A DNA stretch of 64,000 nt from Candidatus Cloacimonadales bacterium (lineage in GTDB: Bacteria > Cloacimonadota > Cloacimonadia > Cloacimonadales > JAFGVF01). Shown here piece by piece: positions 40,313 through 50,145 of the stretch; the first letter of the stretch is position 1, and each line of letters opens with the position of its first letter. Under the pieces are notes generated by a model. The model saw only the letters and a program-made list of their open reading frames with translations, was not told the DNA's origin and ran no database searches. A program made the translations under genes and the position numbers. The stretch is taken from contig CAXXOU010000002.1 in NCBI GenBank assembly GCA_963677495.2, forward strand, positions 160,001-224,000. Reading direction: 5' to 3'.

Positions 40313-42331
40313 ATGGGGAGTCTCATGTATAGACCTAAGTTATCAATGCGAACAGTCCTTTTAGTGACGTTGTTATCCCAAGTTCTAATAGTGGCTTTTA
40401 TTGTTGGATATATCTCATTTAGATCAAGTGAAAAATCGATTAGATCTCTAACAAATAGATCGTATATGAATGAAAATAAAGCACTTAAGGCAGAGATTTC
40501 TCAGTTTCTTCAACCACCAATAGAGATAAACACGATGCAGGGTAATATGATAAGTGGGGGGCAATTAAACTACAAGAATCAAGATCAGTTAATTGATCAC
40601 TTTAAAAATGTTGCTTCCATGAGACACACGATAAATAGCATATATTTTGCTAACACTGAAGGTGGACTCGCAAATGCAGGCTTTGATAGAGATTCTAATA
40701 AGCCGTATGTGATTGAAACTGAAAACTTTCGAAGCGGAGTCTTTTCTAAATTTCGATTAGATCATGAAGGTAAAAAGGATTCATTGATTGTTACAATACC
40801 ACATTTTGATGCCAGAACCCGACCCTGGTACAAGAAAGCTATTGAATCAGAGGAAGTAATCTGGAGTGAGGTATATCAAATGACTACAGGTGATGCATTA
40901 GGGTTATCCGCAAGTTGTGCTGTAAGAGATAAAAAGGGAAAACTTTTAGGAGTTATAGGGGTTGACTTGTTCCTCTCTTATATCAGTACTTTCCTTTCTC
41001 AGCGTGATATTATTGGGTCTACCTTTATTATGGAGGATTCAGGATTACTGATTGCATCGTCAGACAATGTTCCTCTCTTTTTCATGAGTGAAGATAAAAA
41101 ACATAACCAAAGAATTAGGGCTAATAGCTCAAACAATGTGTTTGTTCAGAAAATAGCAAGATATATGGAACAGTTTTATCCTAATCTTGGTAGTATAAAA
41201 GAAGATACCTTAATGGAATTCATGGATAAGAATGCTAAGTATTTAGTACTTGTTTCACCGTTTAAAATATCAGAAGACGAAGTCTGGTTAATTGTATCCG
41301 GTGCTCCCGAAAACCTATTTTTAGCAGAAATTCATGAAAACAACAAAGTTATGCTAAGATATGTCTTGATATTTGTGCTTATATCAATTCTTGTCGCATT
41401 ATTATTAGCGAAGCTACTTTCCGATCCCCTAAAGAAACTTGATAAAAGTTTACATGAAATCTCTAGTGGTAATTGGATATCTAATCCTAAAGAATCTTTT
41501 ATTAAAGAGCTTGATGATCTAGCAAATGAGACATTTAAAATGAATAACTCTCTGCAGAAATTGTTCCTATCTCTCAACAAAGAGATTGCAAGACGTAAGA
41601 TGACAGAGGAGCAGCTTCAAGTTTCGAAGGAGAAAGCTGAAGAAAGTAATAGGTTGAAATCCAGTTTCTTAGCTAATATGAGCCATGAGCTACGAACTCC
41701 GCTTTCAGGTGTGCTTGGATTCTCTGAGATTTTAACGGAAACTGAACTTGATGACAATCAGCTTGAGATGGTAAATACCATTAATAATTCTGGTAAAACA
41801 TTACTAAATACTCTAAACTTAATTCTAGATATATCCAGAATTGAATCTAACAGTCAGAATGTACATGTAACCACTTTTGATCTCGACAAAGTGATTGATC
41901 GAGTTAGTAAATTGTTTAGTCCGCTTGCAACTGTTAAAGGGTTAGAAATAAAAGTAATTAGTAATCTTATTGATTCTAATATGCAATCTGATAGTAGCTT
42001 GATAGAACATGTTCTCAATGAACTTGTTAATAATGCCATTAAGTATTCAGATGAAGGTATAATTTCAATAATTTCATCTCAACGGGAAGGTTTTATAGAT
42101 ATAGAGGTCTTGGATAATGGGATAGGAATCCCAGAGGATAAACATGAGACTATTTTCGAAGCTTTCAGACAAGCCAGTGAAGGACTCAATCGCAGGTATG
42201 ATGGTTCTGGTCTGGGACTCACCTTGTGTAGAAATTATGCAAAACTGTTACGTGGAGATATTAAAGTCCAAAGCATCATGAAACAAGGAAGTAAATTCAC
42301 TCTTGAGATACCTAGAGTAATTGAAGATTAA
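40313..42331 (+). CDS. Sensor histidine kinase (Cache-HAMP-HisKA-HATPase)
   Basis: Two TM helices; FDARTRPWY Cache motif; FLANMSHELRTPL, NNAIKY, DNGIGI and GSGLGL motifs. Confidence 0.95.
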   Translation: MGSLMYRPKLSMRTVLLVTLLSQVLIVAFIVGYISFRSSEKSIRSLTNRSYMNENKALKAEISQFLQPPIEINTMQGNMISGGQLNYKNQDQLIDHFKNVASMRHTINSIYFANTEGGLANAGFDRDSNKPYVIETENFRSGVFSKFRLDHEGKKDSLIVTIPHFDARTRPWYKKAIESEEVIWSEVYQMTTGDALGLSASCAVRDKKGKLLGVIGVDLFLSYISTFLSQRDIIGSTFIMEDSGLLIASSDNVPLFFMSEDKKHNQRIRANSSNNVFVQKIARYMEQFYPNLGSIKEDTLMEFMDKNAKYLVLVSPFKISEDEVWLIVSGAPENLFLAEIHENNKVMLRYVLIFVLISILVALLLAKLLSDPLKKLDKSLHEISSGNWISNPKESFIKELDDLANETFKMNNSLQKLFLSLNKEIARRKMTEEQLQVSKEKAEESNRLKSSFLANMSHELRTPLSGVLGFSEILTETELDDNQLEMVNTINNSGKTLLNTLNLILDISRIESNSQNVHVTTFDLDKVIDRVSKLFSPLATVKGLEIKVISNLIDSNMQSDSSLIEHVLNELVNNAIKYSDEGIISIISSQREGFIDIEVLDNGIGIPEDKHETIFEAFRQASEGLNRRYDGSGLGLTLCRNYAKLLRGDIKVQSIMKQGSKFTLEIPRVIED

Positions 42332-42546
42332 CGAATCTGTCAGAATAGTGGATTATTAACAATGAAGCCCCTTAATCTTAACATATCCAATTTAGCTCAA
42401 TCTCCTTTGTTATAAACTAACAATGAACTATCAATGACTTAATGATTGACATTGATTGAATTCCTGCCAAACTTGTATCTAGGAATTCTCTATTCCGTTA
42501 ATACTTGATTAAAATGTATCGGGAGATACCAAGATAAGGAGAAATA

Positions 42547-43797
42547 ATGAGTTCAGTTGCGATACTGGGTTGTATTTGGGGCGATGAAGCTAAGGCTAAA
42601 ATAGTAGATGTTATGGGATCTGATGCAGATATAGTAGTTAGATTCCAAGGTGGCAGTAATGCCGGACATACGATAATCTGTGATGGAAAGAAGTATGTAT
42701 TGCACATGATCCCTTCAGGAATTGTAACACCTAATCTACAATGTGTAATAGCTCCGGGAGTTGTTTTAAACCCAATCGAAGTTATCGATGAAATAAAAAG
42801 TTTAAAGAATGCCGGGGTTAGCTTTGATGATAGAATGTTCATTGACCCAAGAGTAAGTCTTGTATTACCTATTCACAAAATCCTAGATTGTAAAGCTGAA
42901 GATGATTGTGCTCAAAAGAAGATTGGTACTACAAAACGTGGTATCGGACCTGCTTACTCAGATGCAGTTGCAAGAAAAGGACTTAAGCTATATCATCTTT
43001 ATGACTTAGAAAACCTAGGAGCTAACTTAACAAAACTCTATAATTATCACAATATGGCACCTGAAGACCTTCTGAATGAGATTGAACAACTCAAAATGGC
43101 TGCTAAGTATTTAAAACCATTTGTAAAGCAAACTCCATATTTCCTAAACGAACAGTATAAAGCCGGCAAGAAGATAATCTTTGAAGGTGCACAAGGTTCA
43201 CTTCTTGATATTACTTATGGAAGCTATCCATTTGTTACTTCTTCACACACAATCTCAGGTGGTATCTCAATCGGATGTGGTGTTGCTCCTAGCAGGATTG
43301 ATAAAATAATTGGTGTTTATAAAGCATACTTTACAAGAGTAGGTGAGGGAGCTTTTCCAACGGAGCTCTTTGATGCAACAGGAGAGCAGATAAGAACTCA
43401 AGGTAATGAATTTGGCTCTACTACCGGAAGACCTCGTAGATGTGGTTGGTTTGATGCTGTTGCCGGAAGATATACAGCTATGCTTAACGGTCTTGATGAG
43501 ATAGCTATTACACTCGTAGATGTGCTTGCAAAAGTTGGTGACCTTAAGATTTGTATTGCTTATGAAATAGAAGGTGAGACTGTTACAGAATTCCCTGCTG
43601 AAGCTTCTATGTTAGCAAAAGCTAAACCTGTTTATGAAAAAATGCCGGGTTGGGATGAGGATATTAGTGGTATCACCAACTATGAAGATTTACCACAAAA
43701 TGCTAAGAACTATATAAAACGTGTCGAAGAACTACTAGAGACCCCTGTTAAGATAGTTTCAGTGGGTCCCGACAGAAAACAGACAATATTCCTTTAA
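42547..43797 (+). CDS. purA: Adenylosuccinate synthetase
   Basis: WGDEAKAK, GGSNAGHT, IGTTKRGIGP, EGAQG, TTGRPRRCGW and SVGPDR motifs. Confidence 0.98.
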   Translation: MSSVAILGCIWGDEAKAKIVDVMGSDADIVVRFQGGSNAGHTIICDGKKYVLHMIPSGIVTPNLQCVIAPGVVLNPIEVIDEIKSLKNAGVSFDDRMFIDPRVSLVLPIHKILDCKAEDDCAQKKIGTTKRGIGPAYSDAVARKGLKLYHLYDLENLGANLTKLYNYHNMAPEDLLNEIEQLKMAAKYLKPFVKQTPYFLNEQYKAGKKIIFEGAQGSLLDITYGSYPFVTSSHTISGGISIGCGVAPSRIDKIIGVYKAYFTRVGEGAFPTELFDATGEQIRTQGNEFGSTTGRPRRCGWFDAVAGRYTAMLNGLDEIAITLVDVLAKVGDLKICIAYEIEGETVTEFPAEASMLAKAKPVYEKMPGWDEDISGITNYEDLPQNAKNYIKRVEELLETPVKIVSVGPDRKQTIFL

Positions 43798-43812
43798 TAG
43801 TTAGGAGGTCTT

Positions 43813-45000
43813 ATGAAACGAGTGTTATTAATTTTACTCGTATGTGTGATTGGTGTACTTGGAGCTCAAAAGCTTGAGTTTACTGCTCCTTGGTACTTGA
43901 ACAGTTTTTATGATTATTACTCTGATAATTATGTTGGAACTAAAGCTGCCGGACGTGGTTATACCGGAACATCTGTGATGGGAAACATAGATAATGTTTT
44001 CCTTAATCCCGCTGCATTCAAGACAGACTCATTTCATGTTTATTATGAAATGAACGCTAAGATGCCGGCTGATGAAATCAACAGTAATGCTCCCGGTGAT
44101 TTGACTTCTCCCGGTGCCTTAGGTATGGTGGGTATTAGCTCTCAGATTATGGAGAATCTGAACGTTGGTTTCTCTTACAGTATCCTTAAGTCAATTCAAT
44201 ATGACAGGATTAGGGTTGAGCTTATGCAAGCTCCCGGTAACTACACATTTAGAGATCCTAAGTTTGTTGATAAAGTACTAACGCTTTCAACTTCTTACCA
44301 ATGGAATTGCTTCTCCTTTGGTTTGAATGTTATGAACCATATATATGACTTTGAAGATTATGTGATTTATGGTTCTGCCCCTTTTGCCTTAAACGACTTT
44401 AGAGAGAGTGTTGTAAGATTCCAACCCGGTGTATATTGGAGTAACAAAAAGTTTGCTGCCGGTGTGTCCTTTACTCCTTCTACATCATACGATTTTGAAA
44501 CAGATTTCTTAACATATGATACTACTTTACCGACTGTAGTAAATGGTGGTATCTCTGTTACACTGAACAAACTTCTACTTGCGTTAGATGTTAGCCATGA
44601 GTTCTGTTCTCAGATGGATGATGCCTTTGATGATAGATTGAATATTAGGACAGGTCTTGAGTATAAAGTGAAGCAGTATGCATATCGAGTAGGATTCATA
44701 CATCGTCCTGCTGTTTGGAAAGGACGTTTTGAAGTCCCTGAATATATAGCTCCCGGAGACGAGAGTGAAGTGTTTGAATATACACTTGACGAAATCTTCC
44801 AGTTCGAAGAGGGACTAGTTGAAGAAACAGAGCAGAACATGATTACTCTCGGTGTAGGCTGGGGTAATGATTTCTTTGGCGTGGATGGTGCTTTAGTACA
44901 AGATGTAACCGGAAATGTACAAAATACACAGCTCCATGCATCAATATATATGAACTTAGACCCAATCTTCAAGATTGTTCTGCACGATAGAGCTAAGTAA
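43813..45000 (+). CDS. Outer-membrane beta-barrel, FadL/PorV-like
   Basis: Signal peptide; GTKAAGRG...VFLNPA motif; beta strands. Confidence 0.7.
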   Translation: MKRVLLILLVCVIGVLGAQKLEFTAPWYLNSFYDYYSDNYVGTKAAGRGYTGTSVMGNIDNVFLNPAAFKTDSFHVYYEMNAKMPADEINSNAPGDLTSPGALGMVGISSQIMENLNVGFSYSILKSIQYDRIRVELMQAPGNYTFRDPKFVDKVLTLSTSYQWNCFSFGLNVMNHIYDFEDYVIYGSAPFALNDFRESVVRFQPGVYWSNKKFAAGVSFTPSTSYDFETDFLTYDTTLPTVVNGGISVTLNKLLLALDVSHEFCSQMDDAFDDRLNIRTGLEYKVKQYAYRVGFIHRPAVWKGRFEVPEYIAPGDESEVFEYTLDEIFQFEEGLVEETEQNMITLGVGWGNDFFGVDGALVQDVTGNVQNTQLHASIYMNLDPIFKIVLHDRAK

Positions 45001-46133
45001 TGACTAAGCTGTTTGTTGGAGAATTTAAAGAATATGATGCTCAGGAGTTATATGAGTACTTTAAAGAGCACTTCGAAACCATAAACTTTTGGGAAAAGCT
45101 CAAAGATAAGAAAACAATTTTACTTAAACCAAACCTTTTGGGTGCATTTGCACCCGAAAGGGCGGTTACAACTCATCCTGCTATAGTAGATGCCATAATG
45201 CAATTACTCTCTGAACATGACAAAGAGATTTGGATTGGAGACAGTCCCGGTGGAACTGTTAAACCCCAGAAAGCATGGCGTGTTACCGGGCTGGGAGCAA
45301 TTGCTGAAAAGTATGGAGCTAAAGTTATTCAGTTTGGTGAAAATGGTGTCAGAACTCTAAGCAATAATGGAGAAGAATATCCTGTTACAGAAGATATATT
45401 CAATGCTGATGCCTGCATTAATCTTTGTAAGTATAAAACTCATAGTATGGCTCGATATACGGGAGCTGTAAAGAATCTTTATGGTTTAATCCCGGGTTTA
45501 GAAAAGGTGACTCTTCATACTAGATACACAAATATGAATAGTTTTGGAGAGTTTGTTGCTGACCTTTACAGGCAAACTAAAGATTGTTTTATTTATCACA
45601 TCCTGGATGGAATAGTTGGTATGGAGGGTGAGGGACCTTCATCAGGAAACCCAAGAGATTTTGGCGTAATTATCCATTCCGAGAAAGGTTCTGCAGTTGA
45701 CTATCTGGCCACAAAGATGATGGGATTTGATTGGCATGAACTTCCTATGATTGCAAGAGCTCTCCATCATGACGGTGTTTTGCCTTCTCGCATTGAGGTA
45801 GATGATAAGTGGAAAGATTTCTTGTTTGAGGATGTCGATTTAGCTGCTGTTAACTTAAGAAGTAAATTTATGTCTCTATTACCCAATCGAACTGAGCAGG
45901 TAATGACAAAACTGATGAAGTACTATCCTGCCTTTAATGAAAAATGTCGTCTATGTAAAATATGTGTGAAGAGTTGTCCTGAACAAGCGATAAAATACAC
46001 GAAAGGGGATAAGCATCCCGAGATAGATTTGAATAAATGTATTCGGTGTATGTGTTGTCATGAGTTTTGCCCGTATGAAGCAATATATATACACAAATCA
46101 TTTTTCACTAAACTTGTTTTCGGAGATCGTTAA
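45000..46133 (+). CDS. DUF362 protein with C-terminal 4Fe-4S dicluster
   Basis: LLKPNL, TTHP, KYKTH, GAVKN and GMEGEGP motifs; CRLCKICVKSCP and CIRCMCCHEFCP. Confidence 0.93.
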   Translation: MTKLFVGEFKEYDAQELYEYFKEHFETINFWEKLKDKKTILLKPNLLGAFAPERAVTTHPAIVDAIMQLLSEHDKEIWIGDSPGGTVKPQKAWRVTGLGAIAEKYGAKVIQFGENGVRTLSNNGEEYPVTEDIFNADACINLCKYKTHSMARYTGAVKNLYGLIPGLEKVTLHTRYTNMNSFGEFVADLYRQTKDCFIYHILDGIVGMEGEGPSSGNPRDFGVIIHSEKGSAVDYLATKMMGFDWHELPMIARALHHDGVLPSRIEVDDKWKDFLFEDVDLAAVNLRSKFMSLLPNRTEQVMTKLMKYYPAFNEKCRLCKICVKSCPEQAIKYTKGDKHPEIDLNKCIRCMCCHEFCPYEAIYIHKSFFTKLVFGDR

Positions 46134-46232
46134 GCTCTGAGTGATAGAGATAAAAATAATATAGCAAGAAAACAAATATTTGGTTTGACAAGAAAACTAA
46201 ACCTCTTTTATTAAGGGGAATCAGGAGGAGAT

Positions 46233-46544
46233 ATGAAAAGAAAAAACGAAAAGTCCAAGAAATCTACCTTGCGCATAGTTCTCATCTGTGTATTTCTTTC
46301 TGTTGTATATCTTGCATTCTTTGACCATTACAGCTTTCTTAAAGTTGTTAAAACTAAAGCTAAATCAACAAGACTAAAGAAAGAGTTAGCTGAAGTTAAA
46401 GAAAAGAACGAGCAGTTGAAAGAGAAGAATGTAGCTCTTAAGAAAGATGATGATGAGATTGAACGTATTGCCCGAGAAGAATATGGGTATCGTGGAAAAG
46501 ATGAAAATGAAGTAAGATTTATAGATAAAAAAGAGATAAAATAG
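46233..46544 (+). CDS. Septum formation initiator (FtsB/DivIC family)
   Basis: One TM helix, a coiled coil and [10 protein letters not shown]. Confidence 0.85.
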   Translation: MKRKNEKSKKSTLRIVLICVFLSVVYLAFFDHYSFLKVVKTKAKSTRLKKELAEVKEKNEQLKEKNVALKKDDDEIERIAREEYGYRGKDENEVRFIDKKEIK

Positions 46545-46552
46545 AGGAATTT

Positions 46553-47656
46553 ATGGCAAAAGTTGTAGTATCAGATGTAAACAAAATATATGAAAATGGT
46601 TTTCATGCGGTAAAGGGTGCAGACTTCGTTGCTGAAGATAAAGAGTTCGTTGTGCTTGTAGGGCCGTCAGGCTGTGGTAAAACAACTACTTTACGGTTGA
46701 TTGCAGGTTTGGAAGATATCACTAACGGTAAAATTTCAATTGGTGAGAAGGTTGTGAATGACGTACTTCCAAAAGATAGAGATATTGCTATGGTGTTCCA
46801 GAACTATGCTTTATATCCTCATATGACTGTTTTCAATAATATGGCCTTTGCTCTTAAGCTTCGCAAAACTCCTAAGTCTGAGATTAATGAGAAGGTGCAA
46901 TATGCTGCGAAACTTCTTGGTATTGAACATCTATTAGACAGAAAACCAAAACAACTTTCAGGTGGACAAAGACAGCGTGTAGCTCTTGGTCGTGCTATTG
47001 TGAGAAACCCGAAAGTGTTCCTCTTTGATGAACCATTGTCTAACTTGGATGCGAAACTTCGCGTACAAATGAGAGCTGAGATTTCAAAACTTCATAAGAA
47101 GTTAGCTACAACAATGATTTATGTCACTCATGATCAGGTAGAAGCTATGACAATGGCAGACAAGATTGTTGTGATGAAAGATGGAATCATCAATCAGATA
47201 GACTCTCCTCTTAATGTTTATAATCATCCTTCTAATCTCTTTGTTGCCGGTTTTATTGGTAGCCCATCAATTAATATCTTCCACGGTAAATTGAATAAAG
47301 AAGGTGATAAGCTCTACTTCACAGCTAATAATTTCAAGCTTGAGCTTTCAGAGAAGCACGAGAAACACGTGAAGCACCTTGAAAATAAAGAGATTATTAT
47401 GGGCATTCGCCCTGAAGATATATATGACTCAGAATATGATGCAATGGCTTCAAATCCACAGCGTATCAATGCTGTCTGTGATTTAGTAGAGCCAATGGGT
47501 AATGAGTTTACTGTATTCTTTGTTTGTGGGGACGACAAATTTACAGCTAGATTCGATCCTAAGAAGTTTCCTGCATTAAATGCTGAGATGTCCGTAACTT
47601 TCGATATGGATAAGATTCACTTCTTCGATAAAGAATCTGAGGAGTGCATCTACTAA
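46553..47656 (+). CDS. Carbohydrate ABC transporter ATPase (MalK/UgpC/MsmX family)
   Basis: [35 protein letters not shown] and VTHDQ motifs; TOBE-like tail. Confidence 0.96.
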   Translation: MAKVVVSDVNKIYENGFHAVKGADFVAEDKEFVVLVGPSGCGKTTTLRLIAGLEDITNGKISIGEKVVNDVLPKDRDIAMVFQNYALYPHMTVFNNMAFALKLRKTPKSEINEKVQYAAKLLGIEHLLDRKPKQLSGGQRQRVALGRAIVRNPKVFLFDEPLSNLDAKLRVQMRAEISKLHKKLATTMIYVTHDQVEAMTMADKIVVMKDGIINQIDSPLNVYNHPSNLFVAGFIGSPSINIFHGKLNKEGDKLYFTANNFKLELSEKHEKHVKHLENKEIIMGIRPEDIYDSEYDAMASNPQRINAVCDLVEPMGNEFTVFFVCGDDKFTARFDPKKFPALNAEMSVTFDMDKIHFFDKESEECIY

Positions 47657-47667
47657 ACTAGTTTTTA

Positions 47668-47693
47668 GCCCCTGAGAAATCAGGGGCATATTT
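47668..47693 (+). terminator. Stem-loop after the ABC ATPase
   Basis: GCCCCTGA-GAAA-TCAGGGGC followed by ATATTT. Confidence 0.6.
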
Positions 47694-47713
47694 CTTCCCA
47701 TCCGGATATTGCG

Positions 47714-48466
47714 ATGAAGCTAAAATCGTTCATGCTTGGGATAATTCTATACATATCTGTTTTTTGCTTTTCAAGTCAGTTATACCTCAAAGAAACTCCA
47801 TTTAAGATTGCATCTTCCGGTATTAACGCTCCACTCAACTCTCATAGAACTGCAACCACAGGAATTATTTACTATTTTGAAGAGTCAGATCTTATCTCTC
47901 AACAACTATCTTACCAAGATCATACCTCCCTTTTTTATTACAAAGTGAATGCAGCTAATCTATCAAATTCAATGATAAGTGAGCTCTTGTTGACAGGGAG
48001 TCTTGGATATACAATCAAAGACTATGTTGGGGGCATTTCTTTATCATGTTCCTACAGTAAAGCTAAAGGGTATGATGATGTAACTTCATTCTCCGGTGAT
48101 TTATGGAGTAACTGGAGAATTGCTATGCTTACAGCACTTTTTAAAACTCATAATCTACTCACTTTAGCAAAAAGCGATCTAGACTTTCAAAAAGGGATTA
48201 CTCTTGACTTTTGGTGGAAAGAGATGGAGTACTTAGAGCTTGGTACTACAATTGAACTCGAAGAGGAGCATCCCACTTCATTTTCGTTATGCTCTGTTAT
48301 TAATACTAATGATATATTATCATTGATTGCAAGTTATAAAACAGCGACTAATTCTTTGAGCTATGGTGTGAGAATCAACTTTAACTCATTTGAATTGGTT
48401 TATGGTCTTAGAACTCACACAGAATTACAAGCAACACATGCGTTATCCATTGCCTACTCCTGGTAG
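47714..48466 (+). CDS. Hypothetical outer-membrane beta-barrel-like protein
   Basis: Signal peptide; ends HTELQATHALSIAYSW. Confidence 0.65.
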   Translation: MKLKSFMLGIILYISVFCFSSQLYLKETPFKIASSGINAPLNSHRTATTGIIYYFEESDLISQQLSYQDHTSLFYYKVNAANLSNSMISELLLTGSLGYTIKDYVGGISLSCSYSKAKGYDDVTSFSGDLWSNWRIAMLTALFKTHNLLTLAKSDLDFQKGITLDFWWKEMEYLELGTTIELEEEHPTSFSLCSVINTNDILSLIASYKTATNSLSYGVRINFNSFELVYGLRTHTELQATHALSIAYSW

Positions 48467-50018
48467 TCTAGTTGCTGTAATACTACTATTATTATGTGTC
48501 ACATTGCTTTGTGCTTATGAGCTATTCGTCGATGAAGTTGAACTTGCGAACTATATTGAAGATAAAGAAATCATTGATTTTATATTGGAGAATGGGATTG
48601 ATGTAAATAGCATTTCAACAACTGCACTTAAAGACTTAGGTATTAATGACTACGATATCGAAGAGATATTGAAAGTGAGAGAAAACTTTAGGGTTATGAA
48701 AATGTCTCAACTCAGAAAGCTGCTAAAACACGATAACTCTCTATTTATCTATGAAGAATATTTATGCTTTAGTAACCGTAAGGGTAAGAAATTTGAGCTA
48801 AAAGGTTTAGTGAATGGTAAGTATAATGATGCTGAATATCAGTTTGCTGCAAACGTGTATTCTAAGATAAATGATAACAAGCTGTCTCTTGTTGTAAACA
48901 ATCAGGATGCTGCAACTTCCGCGAAGTTCTGCTCTTGGTCTGAATCCAGGTCAAATATTAATTATGCCATTGGGAACTTTAAACCCCATTTTGGGATGGG
49001 ACTAGTATGGCAGGGCTCTCATAATCAAAACAAGAACTTTTTGCCGACCACATCACTTTGGAATAAACCCAACAGAAAAGGCGCATTGCTGACATATAGG
49101 AGCGATAATTTATCCATCACTACTGTTTACAATTATGATGCAGATATACCTGATAAGACAGTTCAATTGCCAAATGAAGATGCAGTAGCTTGTACATATG
49201 GATTAAATATAAAGTATTATGATGTAGGAATATTGTTAAGTAGGCAGATTGTGCAAAAAGAGTATGTTAGGGATATTCTGAGTGTTGCTGTAAAAAGAGA
49301 TATTGGTATCTCTAATCTTAATCTCGAGTATGTATATGATAGTAGTAGTTCAATCATTATGTTGTTAAGAACAAAATGGGAGTTACTTGAACAAGATGTT
49401 ATAATAAACTATGTTAATGACAGCTTAAAACACCCTTTTTCAAATTATTATAATGATTATTATTACTGCAACTCTTTCGAGAAATATGCTTGGAGTCTTA
49501 AATATAGAATAGGTACATGCTACCCACATTTTCGGACAGAAATTAGTAAAAGTAAAGAAATGAGTAGTTATGACAGCATGCATCAACTAGGCATAAGAGT
49601 GTCAGGGAAAAGAGTATCACCAAGATTTTCGATTAACTACAAAAGTAGACTTGACAAAGAGGAGTGGAAGGGCTCAGCAATTATAAACACATGCATTAAT
49701 AAATGGTTAGCGAACAGACTCATTTTGAGTTCTCTTATTCAAGGAGACAAGTTCGCTACAATAGTTAGATTCAGAATAAGCTATTCCGATAGATCGTTCC
49801 AAAGTTTCGTAGAGTTAACTGCTTCAACATCTGAGTTTGAAGTCTTTGGAAGTGATTCTGATTATAACAACGAAGTAGTAGAGATAGATAATAGTTACAG
49901 GTTAGAAACAGGTGGTAGTTTTAAGCTTTATGAGAACTCGAAAATAAAGGGTAAAGTAGGCTATAACATATTGAGTGAAAAGCTTACAACTTCAATATGG
50001 ATAGTATATAATTATTAA
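48438..50018 (+). CDS. Hypothetical outer-membrane protein with an N-terminal ComEA-like helix-hairpin-helix
   Basis: Signal peptide; IDVNSISTTALKDLGI HhH-like motif; IGNFKPHFGMGLV; C-terminal aromatic residue. Start uncertain (ORF opens at 48390). Confidence 0.65.
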   Translation: MRYPLPTPGSLVAVILLLLCVTLLCAYELFVDEVELANYIEDKEIIDFILENGIDVNSISTTALKDLGINDYDIEEILKVRENFRVMKMSQLRKLLKHDNSLFIYEEYLCFSNRKGKKFELKGLVNGKYNDAEYQFAANVYSKINDNKLSLVVNNQDAATSAKFCSWSESRSNINYAIGNFKPHFGMGLVWQGSHNQNKNFLPTTSLWNKPNRKGALLTYRSDNLSITTVYNYDADIPDKTVQLPNEDAVACTYGLNIKYYDVGILLSRQIVQKEYVRDILSVAVKRDIGISNLNLEYVYDSSSSIIMLLRTKWELLEQDVIINYVNDSLKHPFSNYYNDYYYCNSFEKYAWSLKYRIGTCYPHFRTEISKSKEMSSYDSMHQLGIRVSGKRVSPRFSINYKSRLDKEEWKGSAIINTCINKWLANRLILSSLIQGDKFATIVRFRISYSDRSFQSFVELTASTSEFEVFGSDSDYNNEVVEIDNSYRLETGGSFKLYENSKIKGKVGYNILSEKLTTSIWIVYNY

Positions 50019-50145
50019 TGATTTAGATAAAGTTATGTTGAATAGTAGTTTACTAGATGTATACTCGGTTATAGGATTTTGCTCTATATTTTGTTATTGA
50101 CAATTCTTCAAAGAGTTACAACCATTGAGCCATGGGGAAAATTAT

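Noticed and set aside
42380..42460. Further 11-bp-phased arrays at 42380-42460, 40075-40110 and 50020-50075
   Set aside because: Only two or three AT-rich cores with 10-11 bp spacing, not distinguishable from chance by eye.
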